DNA of 52,617 nt from Octopus bimaculoides (GCF_001194135.2 NC_068987.1:108560519-108613135); one strand, 5' to 3'. Counted from the stretch's first letter, positions 1 through 15,370 are shown. Notes: a model not told the origin generated them from the letters alone. Translations and numbers: made by a program.

Positions 1-2
1 TA

Positions 3-43
<41 letters not shown>

Positions 44-240
44 TGCAGATAATATTTCTGAATCTCTTTGATTCTTTAAATGTGCCCTCCCCCTGATAAT
101 TAATCGATATTAATTAATATATTAATATATGACTAATTACCAGATCTTATAATTATATATAAAGATAGATAGATAGATACATACATACATACATACATAC
201 ATACATACATGCATACATACATACATGTATGCATACATAT
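1..240. repeat. Compound (TA)n/(TAGA)n/(TACA)n microsatellites
   Basis: Direct inspection. Confidence 0.95.
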
Positions 241-261
241 ATACATACATGCAAACATATA

Positions 262-596
262 TTCTTTTGCTTCTTTCAGTTATTTAACTGCGGCCATGCT
301 GGAGTACCGCCTTTAGTCGAACAAATCGACCGCAGGATTTATTCTGTCTAAGCCTAGTACGGGGACGTAAGCAAACCAACATGGTGTCAAGCGATGATGG
401 AGAGACAAACACATACATATATATATACATATACGACGGGCTTCTTTCAGTTTCTGTCTACTAAATCCACTCAGTAGTCTTTGATCGGCCCGAGGCTATA
501 GTAGAAGACACTTGTCCAAGGTGCTACGCAGTGATAGTGAACCTGGAACCATGTCGTTTGGAAGCAAGCTACTCACCACACAACCATTCCTTCACC
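262..596 (-). mobile_element. SINE family A (tRNA head + CORE-like domain + microsatellite + tail)
   Basis: Shares the motifs ACTGCGGCCATGCTGGAG, GGCTATAGTAGAAGACACTTG and GAACCATG..AGCAAGCT with many copies in the window. Confidence 0.9.
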
Positions 597-628
597 TGTA
601 TATATGCGTGTATGTGTATTTGTGTGTG

Positions 629-668
<40 letters not shown>

Positions 669-1250
669 ATATGTGTGGATATGTGTGCGTGTGATTATGT
701 TTGTTTTGTTCTTGTTACCGCTTCANNNNNNNNNNTGTGATTATGTTTGTTTTGTTCTTGTTACCGCTTCACAAGTGGGGTTGATTTGTTCGAGTAAATC
801 CTTCAACGTGGTGCCAAAATGGCCGTAGTCCAGTGACCGCAGCAAGCAAAAGATAAATGAGGCTCAGACTTTAGCCTTTCACCTGAAGGCGACCAATTAA
901 AGAACACCGGAATATAATGCTCACCTGATTTTTTGTAATCTCTCAATAGTTAACTGAAGCCTTTGAGAACATCGTAAGACATGTCTGTAGATAACAACTA
1001 TAGAATGCAAGAGTTGATTCATTACGATTTTCAGACTAGCAAATAGATTTAAGATCTTGACACCGTTACAAATGCCAATCGCTCAATCCTCATCTACGCT
1101 AGCCTCGTGACTGCAGTTCTATCAAAGAGACGAGCTGCAAGGAAAGGTATTTGACAAAAGGCTATTACACCTACTTACGGCACAGAAATCTCTCTTCAGA
1201 TGCCACCTTCCAAAAGCAATAATGTTATTTATTATCATCTATAGCGTAAA

Positions 1251-1460
1251 GAAGGTATAGTGACAGAATTGTTAGAGCGTCGGATAAAGTGCTTAAATCA
1301 ATTTCTTCTGATGCATTACTTTCTGAATTCAAGTAACACTAAGGTCGCGTATGCCTTCCATCCTTTCTGGATCAATAAAATGAGATACTGGGGTTTATGT
1401 AATCGGCATGTTTACTTCTTTCAAAATTCCTTGTCTTGTACTAAAATTAGAATCAATTAT
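1251..1460 (+). mobile_element. SINE family B, old copy
   Basis: GCCTTCCATCCTTTCTGGATCAATAAA and CTGGGGTTTATGTAATCG. Confidence 0.65.
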
Positions 1461-1670
1461 AAACAGTAGTATAGCAAGCTCTTCTTTCAGAGGACGTTGG
1501 CAGACGATAAGAGATATATTGACCATTTGAACGTGTCTTGTTCCCTATATGGAATGTGCAGACGATTCAATCTGAAATGTTGCGAACTGAGGGGCCCAAT
1601 GCATTTTCAACTCCTTTCTATATGTCTACCCATGTGGATTAAAATAAATTTTTCTACACACACACACACA

Positions 1671-1734
<64 letters not shown>

Positions 1735-2380
1735 NNNNNNNNNNNNNNNNNNNNNNNNNNNNNNNNNNNNNNNNNNNNNNNNNNNNNNNNNNNNNNNNNN
1801 NNNNNNNNNNNNNNNNNNNNNNNNNNNNNNNNNNNNNNNNNNNNNNNNNNNNNNNNNNNNNNNNNNNNNNNNNNNNNNNNNNNNNNNNNNNNNNNNNNNN
1901 NNNNNNNNNNNNNNNNNNNNNNNNNNNNNNNNNNNNNNNNNNNNNNNNNNNNNNNNNNNNNNNNNNNNNNNNNNNNNNNNNNNNNNNNNNNNNNNNNNNN
2001 NNNNNNNNNNNNNNNNNNNNNNNNNNNNNNNNNNNNNNNNNNNNNNNNNNNNNNNNNNNNNNNNNNNNNNNNNNNNNNNNNNNNNNNNNNNNNNNNNNNN
2101 NNNNNNNNNNNNNNNNNNNNNNNNNNNNNNNNNNNNNNNNNNNNNNNNNNNNNNNNNNNNNNNNNNNNNNNNNNNNNNNNNNNNNNNNNNNNNNNNNNNN
2201 NNNNNNNNNNNNNNNNNNNNNNNNNNNNNNNNNNNNNNNNNNNNNNNNNNNNNNNNNNNNNNNATATATATATATATATAACGTTATTTTATTCCACACA
2301 GGTAGAAATATAGGAAAAATAGGAGTTAAAAATGCACTGAGAATAGTTAAAATATATTTTATATTAAGTCGATTTTAGAT

Positions 2381-2511
2381 TAAGTCGATTACATCGATCC
2401 CAGTGCGTAACTGGTACTTAATTTATCGACCCCGAAAGGATAAAAGGCAAAGTCGACCTCGGCGGAATTTGAACTCAGAACGTAACGGCTAACGTTTCTG
2501 CCAGCTCACCG
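2381..2511 (-). mobile_element. SINE family B (tRNA head + Meta-like central domain), with internal deletion
   Basis: GGTACTTAATTTATCGACCCCGAAAGGAT..GTCGACCTCGGCGGAATTTGAACTCAGAACG. The Meta-domain label is from memory. Confidence 0.9.
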
Positions 2512-4021
2512 CTTTGTGTGTGTGTGTTGATTTACATTGTTATGTGTTACAGCTTTTTTTTCTATATAATAGATTACGATGTAATCAACTACATTTCTAA
2601 CATTCATTGTATCGTCTTTGAAGAAATGTTTATTGTATTCGCCTTGGTTTTGAAATCGGAATATAAAATAACATAACCGAATAACATAACCTGTATTATT
2701 TCTACTGATTCTATCACCGACCAGTCGTCGTAATGTTCCTAGGTGCGATATAAACAAAAGAGGAATCTAATTCATTAATCCCGCCAAGATAACTTAATAG
2801 ATAACTTAACTGCTTGCCTTGACTTTCTATATATTTGTACGATTTCTGTGTAACAGTCTGTTTATCCATTTAATCTATCATTCACTCATTCTCGCACTCC
2901 CTTCCTCTTTCCACACAGACAGACGTATGTGCACCCATACACGCATACACACGCATATACACGCATACACACTCTCATATACACTACATAGACAAAAACC
3001 TGCATACATATACAAACATATATAAATATGCTAATGAATAAATAGGACAGCGAAGCTTTTAAACTTCCAGGATTCGACTGCAAATGTCGATTATATATAT
3101 ATTTTTTTTATTTTTTTTTTTTATTTTGCGAAGGAAATAATTAATGAAATCAGTAGCTGCTGGAAAATGTAATCATGGTTCTACCTCCCATTGCGAAATA
3201 GTGCTATTGCAAAAAATTATACCCAACATCATCTACAGATGAAACCTTGGATAAATATAAACAAAACCTCTATTATTGAATAAATACATATCAACACAAG
3301 GAATTTGCTGGAATATTCCCATCAGAATGTTTAGCAAGTGCAAACATAACACGCCTGATATAGTTATTTGGGACCCGGCGACTGTGAACATCTCGACCTG
3401 AAGCAAAGAGAAGCAGAATATTTATCCTGCAACTCCTTCAACCAGATTAATTAGTTCAGTTTTATACAAATACTCATTAGTGCACTCAGTTATATTAGTG
3501 TAACTCTAAGCGACATTCCTGAAAAGCTTCGTACTAAATATATGCAAGACTTTCCTAAAGTTCCACTTGTTGCGGTTATTGTCGTTGTCATCAAAGTTGC
3601 AATGTTGTAGATTCTATTTCTTACTTTGGAAACCAATTCTCTTCTCCTATGAAGGATATATATACTGTCTTTCTATATATACTGTCTTTCTATGGTGTGT
3701 ATAAGGATACACATCATAGATAGACGAAATAGCCTAAAGAGAACAGAAAGAGACATGAGAGATGGAGTGTCGCAATAGAGGTCACATGGTGTGTGAAGAA
3801 AGATTTTCAAGCAACGGATATAAAATAAGAACAATAAAAACAATAAATATATAAGTGAAAAACAACGTACACGAACACATGCACATGCGTACACGTATGT
3901 ATGGACACAGACATAGCCAGGTGGTTTGAGATTTCGCTTCATAAATACGAGGCCTAGGTTTCGATTCCATCCCGTAAACTCTGTATTATACCGAATGCTA
4001 TTTCATAATTATGTGTTAAAT

Positions 4022-4215
4022 AAAGGAGATGAACTGACCGAAACGATAACGCATCCGTCAAAATATTGAACAGCATTTCTTCGCCTTTATACTTTCTAAA
4101 CATGAATTGCACCGATGTATCGAAAAAATAGGGAACAGTTGGATATTGCTGCCGATGTAATCAACTAACCACATCCCCTAAGATTGTGCCAAAATTTGAA
4201 AGAAAATAATTATGG
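4022..4215 (+). mobile_element. SINE family B, highly diverged
   Basis: Head-like GAACTGACCGAAACGATAAC and CCGATGTAATCAACT. Confidence 0.5.
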
Positions 4216-4402
4216 GTTACAGAAACACCACATATAGAGAGCATAGCAAATATGATGTTGAAATGTCCAACAAGATGCAAAGAGGAGAGAATGAGAGCTG
4301 TGAAAGAAACGATCTCTAATTAGGGCCCAAAACGTATCGCATTCTTAAGATGTTGCTATTTTGCAATCCACATTACAGCGCTCATGGCTAGAAATCATGT
4401 GA

Positions 4403-4410
4403 TTATCTAT

Positions 4411-4450
<40 letters not shown>

Positions 4451-4540
4451 TTATTTATCTATCTCTGTATATGTGTATGTATATGTGTATGTACAGGTAC
4501 AAATGTATGTGTGTGTTCACATGAGCGCGCACATAAACAT

Positions 4541-4585
<45 letters not shown>

Positions 4586-4670
4586 TAGATAGACAGACAA
4601 ACAGATAGAGAAACAGACATGTGTGTGTGTGTGTGTGTGTGTGTGCGTGCGTGTGTGTTTGTGTGTGTAC
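4403..4670. repeat. (TATC)n/(TAGA)n/(TG)n microsatellites
   Basis: Direct inspection. Confidence 0.95.
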
Positions 4671-5223
4671 TTGACTGCATTTGTGCATATTCTTCGAAAG
4701 GCAAATAATTTAAAATGTGTACAAACATCATGTCACCACTACCGTATCTCCAAACCTGACCATTACTCAGATACATATGTCTTTCATTTAGCCAAAGAGA
4801 CAGCCTCAATACAGGAGTTTGATTGTCTGACATTAACAGCTAAATCTCCTGTAAACAATACCCTACCTTCTTAAGATAACATAAGCATAGATTACATTAT
4901 GAACGAATAAAAGACAGCATAGAAAGCGCTTCAGTACCAGGGCCTGACTTCTGACAAAATATCTTCAGGCTTATACCACTGCTATCACCGTCATTGAGTG
5001 CATGATCGTACCTTAGCTAAAAATACTAAAATACAATCACACTTAGCCGCCTCGTCACGCTTGTTCAGCCTGCAAGAAATAGAAGCCAGATAATAATCAA
5101 ATCACAATTTAACGTCTTCATAAAGGATATAGTGGACAGCAGCATCAACAAAATTATGAATACCAACGCGGCTATGATCGAACTGGGGAGATAATAGACG
5201 ATCTTGTGAATTGCTAGGAATAT

Positions 5224-5435
5224 CTTCTACTATAGGCACTAAGCTTGAGATTTTGGGGGAAGGGGCCAGTCGATTACATCGACCCAAGTGTTTCACTGGT
5301 ACTTAATTTATCGACCCCGAAAGGGTGAAAGGCAAAGTGGACCTCGGCGGAATTTGAACTCAGAACGTAGAGGCAGACGAAATACCGCTAAAAATTTTGC
5401 CCGGCGTGCTAACGATTCTGCCAGCTCGCCGCCTT
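5224..5435 (-). mobile_element. SINE family B, full length
   Basis: Complete from GCCAGCTCGCCGCC head to CTTCTACTATAGGCAC tail. Confidence 0.92.
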
Positions 5436-5883
5436 AAAATTGCTAGGAACAACCAACAGAATGAAGCCTCAAATCACTCTGCTGGTCAACAAATCGAAAC
5501 CTATCCAGATGCCCTAGAAATCTGCCTCCACCTTTATAGACTTATAAAATTCTTTAAGAAATTAACTGTCTTCGTTCTTACCAGCAACAGTAGAAAACGA
5601 CAAATGCAAACATCCACAACTGCTCAGTAACATAAAGATACCATATTTACAGGAGACACAAAAAAAAAACGGGAGTTAACCACTGTACTTCCACCTTATT
5701 CAGTGTACACCTGAGAGAGAATATGAAACGCTATGGCGCAGCCATTTTAGCGTTGCTGATTCAGCGCTGAGTTATTTTGACATCAGACCTTTTAATGTCT
5801 CTTTCTATAAAATGTTTCTCTTGCACTCGCTCTCTCTTTCTCTCGCTCTCTCTTTCTCTCTCTCTCTCTCACCTACCCAAAGG

Positions 5884-5922
<39 letters not shown>

Positions 5923-6809
5923 AACATATTTCTCTAAGTGTATGATGAGCAGGAAAAGTTTAATGTTAAAAGACTGCAGCTTTCCCCCTCTCTCTCTTTC
6001 TCTATCTCACTATCTCTCTCTCTCTCTCTTTCCTTTTCTATTTCGGTTTCTCTCTCCCTCTCAAAATCTCTCTCCCTCTCAAAATTTCTTTCCCATTGTG
6101 TGTGTACGTTTACTTCTAGCGCCAAAAGGTACTGTCACCAGAAAAACAGATTGAAAACAGATTGAAAATAACTAGCAGCGCCCAAACGTCTCACTCCGCC
6201 TAAAAGATGTAATAAAAACAAATATGAAGCATAAAAAGAATCCAAGTAATCATAGTTACCATTTATGTTTAAAAGACATGAACAACAGTTGTGTACGAAC
6301 GATACATAAATTCCTGGCAGACAAAGCTAGTCCTCCTTGGGTCCCACCATGCGGGAACACATACCTGATACATACGTCACTGTTTACACATTAATTCTAG
6401 TAGGAATTCTGCGATATGAACAAATTGAATACTCATCGTCTAGACGGACGGAGAATCCATCCTTATCACCGCGAACACGAACACCTCAACTGGTATCAAT
6501 ATCCCCACCACCATCACCACTAAGAACAACAACAATTTTAAGCGTACGATACCCCGTCCATCCCACACCCCATGTGATAACATCAGAAAGTAATTGTCTT
6601 ATCAGTTTCAACTAACTTTAATGTCTACAACGTAAACACTGTTAGATTAGATTCCACTACAGTGTGATAGGGTGGAAGTTGATGTATATGCAAGCATGCA
6701 CTATGTATGTGTGTATGTATGTATGTATGTGTGTATGTATGTATGTGTGTGTGTATGTATGTATGTATTTATGATTGCATGCATGTATTTATGTATCACT
6801 TTCTCCCAC

Positions 6810-6847
<38 letters not shown>

Positions 6848-6924
6848 NNNNNNNNNNNNNNNNNNNNNNNNNNNNNNNNNNNNNNNNNNNNNNNNNNNNN
6901 NNNNNNNNNNNNNNNNNNNNNNNN

Positions 6925-6978
<54 letters not shown>

Positions 6979-8056
6979 TGTGTGTGTGTGTGTGTGAAAA
7001 GAAAATGGAGATATTCAATTGTCAATTCAAAAGTTAAAATTTATTAACATAATATATTATATCCATATAGTAATATAATATGATATAACATAATATAATA
7101 CATATTAAATAGAAATTACATATGATTGCTTCGATTCTTACCCATAATAAAATTGTAAAAGTCCATGTTTGTGGGTAAGAACCTCTTCAGTGTAATGTTT
7201 GATATATGAGGAGTTACATATATAAGTGCGTGTAGTGTCTATGCACACATAAAGTGTACATGTACATGTATATGCATATGATCGAGCATATGTATTTCTA
7301 TATGTGTAAACATATACGACTGAGTGTGTGTGTAGAAGAAATTGTGCAGCAATATACCACCATAGCACTATATACGTACAAGACACCTAAAACCGCAAAT
7401 ATTCTTCATCTCTTTCTAGTCAATTCTCATTCATGATGAAGTCGGAGAAGAAACAGAAATGCCGTTGGCCCTTTTCAGAGATTTAATAACTGGGAGATGG
7501 AATAGAGTAAGTGATCTTCATGTCATAAACCTGACTCTGGGTGATTTCAATAAAACGGAGGTCAGTAAAATCACCTAATTACTAGGCGGTGATGTAAGAC
7601 AGTGCATCAGGTATAATAACTACCACGTCAAAATTTGGAGTGATTCCATTGGGAGGATTTATTATAACAAGGCTTTGTCTATGAATTTTTACCCTTGCAT
7701 GTTCTGGTCTACCCATAGTTATTTAAGAAGATGTTTGTGCCATAGTTCCGTGCAGGAAAATCGAGCACGTAACCACGAAGTGTCAAAGTGAGCTTGTTAA
7801 ATGCACAGCAATGACTGCCTTAGGCTGGGCCTCAGAATTATAAATGACGTTTCATTATAAATTTAGATAACGGATATAGAAACTAACGATATAATCTTTA
7901 CGTAGCATGTACCAACAATTAAATGTAACTAACCACTGTCACTGAAATTGCAGTTTTATATATTTTATCTCGAAGTTTTCACTACGAACAACCATTCTAT
8001 AAAGTATTGTAACTATGCGTGTATGTCTGTGTGTGCGTGCACGCACGTACACACAA

Positions 8057-8089
<33 letters not shown>

Positions 8090-8249
8090 CACACACACAC
8101 ACACACTTGTGTGTATGTACATATGTATATACACGCTCGAGAGATTTCTCTTCGCATGAAACCATTGGCAGCCGTATTAACCCAGAAATAAAGTACATAT
8201 ATATTCATACATACATGCAGGCATAGATATGTATGTATGTGTGTCTGTG

Positions 8250-8475
8250 AAGGCGCGTGGCATAGTGGTTAAGGTATCTGGCTCATGATGGTAAGACCAA
8301 GAGATCGATACAGAGCGGCGCATTGTTGCTTTGAGCATGGCATTTTCTCTCACGTTGTTCTAGTCCACTTGGCTGACAAAAATGTTTAGTACTTGAATAT
8401 GAAAGGGCCAGCCTTGTCAAACTCTGTGCAACGTTCAATATCCCTGATATTGGTAAAGGTACGCGTTTGTGCAGA
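8250..8475 (+). mobile_element. SINE family C (tRNA head GAAGGCGCGTGGCATAGTGGTTA)
   Basis: tRNA-like head, then TTGAGCA..GTCCAC..GCTG..AAAAATG and AAAGGGCCAGCCTTGTCA. Related degenerate copies lie at about 28590-28800 (+) and 45740-45990 (-). Confidence 0.65.
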
Positions 8476-8964
8476 AATATATATATATATATAATTGAGA
8501 TTCAGTTAAATAAAGTACTTAAGTTGAAGCACCAAGTCTGTATGGTATTATCAGCACAGCACGATGTAAGGTAAATAAAATTAAAATAAGCAACAGGTTA
8601 TCAAGTAGTAATACAGTACGACCGTTTCAAGCGATTCCATTTAATTGAACTACACAATCATTACATCAATTTACATGCAGTGCCATCTTCAGCTGCACAA
8701 AAAATAAATAGAATTTTAACCTGTAGGACACATTAATATAATTTTTCTTAACTATTTTAACAGGGCAAGAGGATTGAAGAAATTCATGTTGTCGCTATTG
8801 TAGCTAAGAATGGACTACACTTCCAAGAATCGCATGAAGCCTATTGGAGCCATATTGTTAATCTCTTACAAAACACTTACACACCCACAGACACGCACAC
8901 GCACGCGCTTACGCACACGCGCGCGTATACATTTTTATGTATGTATGTATACACTATATTTGTT

Positions 8965-9387
8965 ATTCTATTCTTTTTATTTGTTTCAGTCATTTGTCTG
9001 CGGCCATGCTGGTGCACTGCCTTCAATGATTTTAGTCGAACAAATCGAGCCGAGGACTTATTATTTTTAAGCCTGGAGCTTATTGTATCAGTCTGTCTTT
9101 GCCTAGCCGCTAGGTTACGGGAACGTAATTACACCAACACCGATTGTCAAGCACTGGTGGGCGACAAACACAAACATAAACACACACACACACATAATAC
9201 ATATATATCTATTCACATATATACAACTGGGGCTTATTTCAGTTTTCATCTATCAAATTCACTCATAAGACTATGGTTGGTCAGAGGTTGGAGTAGAAGA
9301 TACTTGCCCAAGGTGCCATGCAGTGGGACTAAACATGAAATCATATGGTTGGGAAGCAAGATTCTTACCACACAGCCACGCCTGTAC
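8965..9387 (-). mobile_element. SINE family A, near full length
   Basis: Tail, middle and head motifs are all present. Confidence 0.9.
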
Positions 9388-9723
9388 CTATATGTAATTC
9401 ATTTACTTATCTTTCAATTCATACACGCATGCGTATATCTGTTTATGTATATATATATAAATACAACTATGTACAGAGCCAATTATTAATCCAGTAAGTA
9501 GACTGGTATTTTAAGTGGCATAGCACACTCACTCTACGGTGCCAATAAAACGTAGAATAATATATGTGAGAAGAGGTCAATAGAGAAGTTGGAAATAATT
9601 CTCTTAAATATTTATCACAGCTTTTCTCTTAATCTTAATCCTTCCCTTATCAACTAACAAACAACGTTATCCGTTATTTCTTTCTTTCTGTATTATTATG
9701 TCCCTGGTGGTTTAGTGATCTTC

Positions 9724-9779
9724 AAGTGCCGTGTTAAGATGACCCGTGCATAGTCCAGAATTCATTAACATATTAACAG

Positions 9780-9809
<30 letters not shown>
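9724..9809. other. Isolated imperfect hairpin (about 30-bp stem, 24-nt loop)
   Basis: AAGTGCCGTGTTA-ag-ATGACC pairs with GGTCAT-ag-TAACACGGCACTT (19 of 21 positions). Confidence 0.75.
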
Positions 9810-10625
<816 letters not shown>

Positions 10626-11340
10626 TGATATTCATCTTGCCAGAGGTTTTCTTACTGAGACAAAATTGTGCACGGGATGAATTTTATGTGAATTAGTAAG
10701 GAATACCATTTAGAGTATTTCTTATTAGACAACTCTCCTCCGGTTAATTCTGATACTTGCAAGATTAATAATTACAACAAAGATAAACATGATTTTTTTA
10801 ACACGCTCTCTCCATTTCTCTTAATCTCTATTGAACAAAATTCCATTATAATTCAATATGACGTTAATAAACCCTTCTAAATTAGGAATTAAGTTTAGTG
10901 AACAAGTTTATACATGATCCTATAAACCAAAATATTTGTAATGTCGATAAATAGGACTGCTTCATCGGCGTTATCATGCAGCTCGACACGAACGCATATA
11001 ATGACTATGATATACTTATCCAAACATATACCATTGATTATTTACCCATTTATTTCTAAATCTCTTCTCTTCACCTGAAATTCGCAAAAACATTGCCATG
11101 TTTATCGGTATTGACAACAATATTTTAATGAACGTGCTAGGATATCCTGTTACTTTATCATAATTTCTTTCCGTTTAAAAATGTGTGTAATAAATTATCT
11201 GGCATCTCCGTGGAAAGGTTCTACTGAACGCATGTTTGAGAAACGCTCGATAAACATACACGGCCCCATAGCTCATGAGTATAACTTGGCACTGGTTAAG
11301 TGGGTTGTTAAATTTGAAGGGAACTTGCACAGGTCATCGG

Positions 11341-11548
11341 TTCTTTTAGTTGTGTCAGTCTTTTGACTGCGGCCAGCCTGGATCACCGCCTTTAAGTCGA
11401 ACAAATCGACCCCAGGACTTATTCTTTGTAAGCATATTACCTATTCTATCGGCCTTTTTTGCCGAACCACTACGTTACGGGAACGTAAACACACCAGCAT
11501 CGGTTGTCAAGTGATGGTGACGGGACAAACACAGACACACAATACACA

Positions 11549-11597
<49 letters not shown>

Positions 11598-11607
11598 NNN
11601 NNNNNNN

Positions 11608-11658
<51 letters not shown>

Positions 11659-11855
11659 CTCTCTCTCTCTTTCACACACACATATATATACGACAGGCTT
11701 CATTCAGTTTCCGAATACCAAATCCACTCACAAGGATTTGGTCAGCCTGAGGCTATAGTAGAAGAAAATTTGCCCAAGGTTCCACGCAGTGGGACTGAAC
11801 CCGGAACCATGTGGCTGTTAAGCAAGCTACCTATTACAGAGGCACACCTGCACCT
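11341..11855 (-). mobile_element. SINE family A with internal (CT)n
   Basis: All modules present; a gap lies inside the microsatellite. Confidence 0.9.
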
Positions 11856-12487
11856 ATAGAAAATAATTCATAAGAACTTTTAACATCGTCTTGGCTTAAC
11901 AGCCCTCACCGTTTGTTGTTAATGTTTTGTTCTCACTGTCCTGTTTTTGTTATGAATTTCACCCTCCTCAAAATGTCCCAAATTTGATTTACTTTGCTTT
12001 GCGGGAAGGACTGTTTTAACGAAGTCGCAGAGTAGATAAAACAGGGGACATCTGATGTAGGGAATGTTGCCTGTCTCGTTTCTCTGTTTGTTCGTTTCTT
12101 TCGTTGTTCGAAACAAAGTTCGTTTTCTATGTTTTTGTTTTTTATGCTCTCGTTTCTCATTTTGCCTACGTTTTTTTTTATGTCCTGTACCCAGGACATA
12201 AACAGGAAGTTTTGCCTTTGTTCAGTCTAAACTCGTATTATTTTCTGTTATTGTTTCTTCCACACGAATCTACGATCTTGTCGAAATGCTAGAGCGACTG
12301 TATCAGTTAAGCTGTCACATTTACTCTTTATTTTAATTAACTATTCGTCCCAATATCATCCAGGTTGATATTCAAATACATTCAAACGTGTCGATAAGGT
12401 TCGTTTTTTCAAGAACCGAAACATGTAAAATATCTCTGAGACAATTATAAATTAAGATTTATTTTATATAGTGGCGTTTTCAAATTT

Positions 12488-12527
<40 letters not shown>

Positions 12528-13533
12528 TATAATCGATTAGGAAACAGAAGATGGATTTAATATTAGTGTTTATTGTGTACGACAATCGTTTCGACCCAAT
12601 GGATTATTATCTTAAATAACACCGCGGAATTCCTGAAGTAGATCCAACGGATGTATATCCCAATTGCGAATGACACCAGGTAGCCGAAACCATAATAGCG
12701 CTTTACTCAACACGTCAGCACACCAACTGACATATACTCATTAGTCCGAAGAATTGCACACACACGCGTGCACACAGATACAAACGCGCGCGCGCGCACT
12801 TACTCAACCATATACGCACTCACACAGAGACACTCATGCTCAGATACGTTGCTGGCATTTATCGCACCCTGTTCTATGTGTTTCATTATCTCCATTACCC
12901 ACATGTACTCTTCATTATATAGTCTTGTTTCCCTCAATCACGCAGAAGCAAACTTTCTTTCTTGCTCTCACCGTAAACTCCTTAATCACGAAACCAAATC
13001 ATTTCTTAACAATCTCTCAACCTCTCAATGGAACCACTCTCTCAGATCTTTTTGCTAAAACAATCACTCTCACTCAATTATATCTCGACGCTTCAAACTC
13101 CTCTCTCGCACAGATACTCTCCCCTACCCTCACTTTCACTTTCCACGCATAATCTCCGTCCTCCCTCTCTCTCTCTCACTCTGTTTCTTTCTCACACGTT
13201 CGCACTGGCTACTTTTTCACCGCTACTCACTACAAAACATTCGTTATCTTTGCAAATATCAGTGCGTGTCTCCTCCACTTGGTCTGAAGTGGATCAGATG
13301 ACACTTCATAAACGAGGAACGGAATGAGGCCCAAATAAATGTAGAAGAAGGGGGGGGGGTAGTGTGATTAGTGGTAGTAGCTGTGTCGTTGTTGTTGTTG
13401 TTGGCGGTGGTGTTGGTAACGAAAATGGCAGTAGCTGCAGTGATGGTGGTGTTTTTGGAGATGGTAGTCCCGATATCAAAAGGGGTAATAGAAGTGCTGG
13501 TGACATTAGCGTTGGTAGAGTCATCGTCGTAGT

Positions 13534-13569
<36 letters not shown>

Positions 13570-13695
13570 NNNNNNNNNNNNNNNNNNNNNNNNNNNNNNN
13601 NNNNNNNNNNNNNNNNNNNNNNNNNNNNNNNNNNNNNNNNNNNNNNNNNNNNNNNNNNNNNNNNNNNNNNNNNNNNNNNNNNNNNNNNNNNNNNN

Positions 13696-13735
<40 letters not shown>

Positions 13736-13897
13736 TTGTTGGAAGCACTGACATTGAGAGTGGTGGTATCAGTAATGCTGTGTCGGTGGGGGTGCTTCTG
13801 GGGTTGTCTTTGTCGTAGTTGTGCTGATTATGAATAAAATATGAGAAAGATAGTAACAGGTGCATTCCTTGTATACAGAAAGGTGTTTGAACTTTCA

Positions 13898-13934
<37 letters not shown>

Positions 13935-14216
13935 CCACTCACACACACAAACACCCAAAAACATACCTATGCATGTATGTATACATATGTGTGTGTGTGT
14001 GTATGTGTATGTGTGCATATGTATGTTTATATATATATATGTATGTGTGTGTGTGTGAGTGTGTGCGTGCGTGCGTTTATATATATGATCGTGTGTGTAT
14101 GCGTTTATGAATGTGTGTAAGTATGAATGATGAATACTCACTTATGTATGTATATATATATATATGATGGTCAATATACCTAATAGTAATTAATAATCTG
14201 TCAGTACATTACATAT

Positions 14217-14294
<78 letters not shown>

Positions 14295-15094
14295 CGATAG
14301 TGCTTGAAGCAAATGTCTCGCATATCCACACATATTACTGTATATTTATAAGCACTCATATAAAAATTTAATATGTATATTTATGCACACGCTCGCGCCC
14401 ACACATTCAGACATGTGCGTGTGTGTGTGTGTGTATTCATATATATACAGAAATATACAAAGATGCCTACATTAATTATAAGTCTCAAAATACTAGAAAA
14501 CAATCCATTTCTGTATTATAAGTATCTGTGTATTCGTCATATTCTCTCAAAGTAATGAAGCCACACAGGTCAGTCATCGCCCTCGCCACAAATATGGTGG
14601 TGGTGGTGGTGGTGGTAGTAATATTAGTAGTTGTAGTAGTAGTAGTAGTTTGCGCTGTAACAACGTGTCTCAGCATTCACCATTTGTTGGTTATCCCCTA
14701 CTAATCCTGGTGGATGACACCACCTAGGCGACAACCCTCCAACGTCTGCGTTCCGGTAGTCGTTACTGATGAGGATTTTACGTGATCGGAGCGAATCCTA
14801 CGCCCCCCCCCTTTCCTTTTAATAGTTTTTATGACATACAGAGGATGTATTGCGTCTATTCTTTCAGTTGACGGTCATTACCCAGCACATGTATAACAAC
14901 TGAGAACTCATACAAGACACTATCAACAAACATATAACTATCAAAAATGCGTTATATATGTTATATATGTTATTTTGTCTTTCATATTTACTCAAAAAGG
15001 GAATTTTATAAGCTGTGTGGCTGTAAAATAGTTGTTCCTTGATGAAAATCTGAAAATGGTATATAAAATTCTCAGACGGCACCCCATTGTTATG

Positions 15095-15283
15095 TGGAAT
15101 TTTGGGAGAAGGGCCAACCGATTAGATTGACTCCAGTACGCGACAGTTACTTAATTTATCGACCCCGAAAGGATGAAAGGCAAAGTCAGCCTCGGCGGAA
15201 TTTGAACTCAGAACGTAAAGACAGACGAAATACCGCTAAGTATTTCGCCTGGCGTGCTAACGTTTCTGCCAGTTCGCCGCCTT
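15095..15283 (-). mobile_element. SINE family B
   Basis: Same motifs as 5224-5435. Confidence 0.9.
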
Positions 15284-15370
15284 AATGTGAACAATGATAT
15301 TGCATGTGAGAAGATGCTGTTTAATTCTTTGTATTGCAGATAATGCTGGCTAAAATTTCATAGATAACGT

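Noticed and set aside
690-771. 36-bp direct repeat
   Set aside because: The copies flank a 10-N gap, so this is most likely redundant contig ends.
11880-12300. T-rich segment with CTGATGTAGGGAAT, reminiscent of a PLE terminal repeat
   Set aside because: The core is broken, there is no matching stem II or III, and no second copy exists in the window.
14765-14800. CTGATGA followed by GGAT..ATCC
   Set aside because: No GAAAC follows; it resembles a decayed SINE tail fragment.
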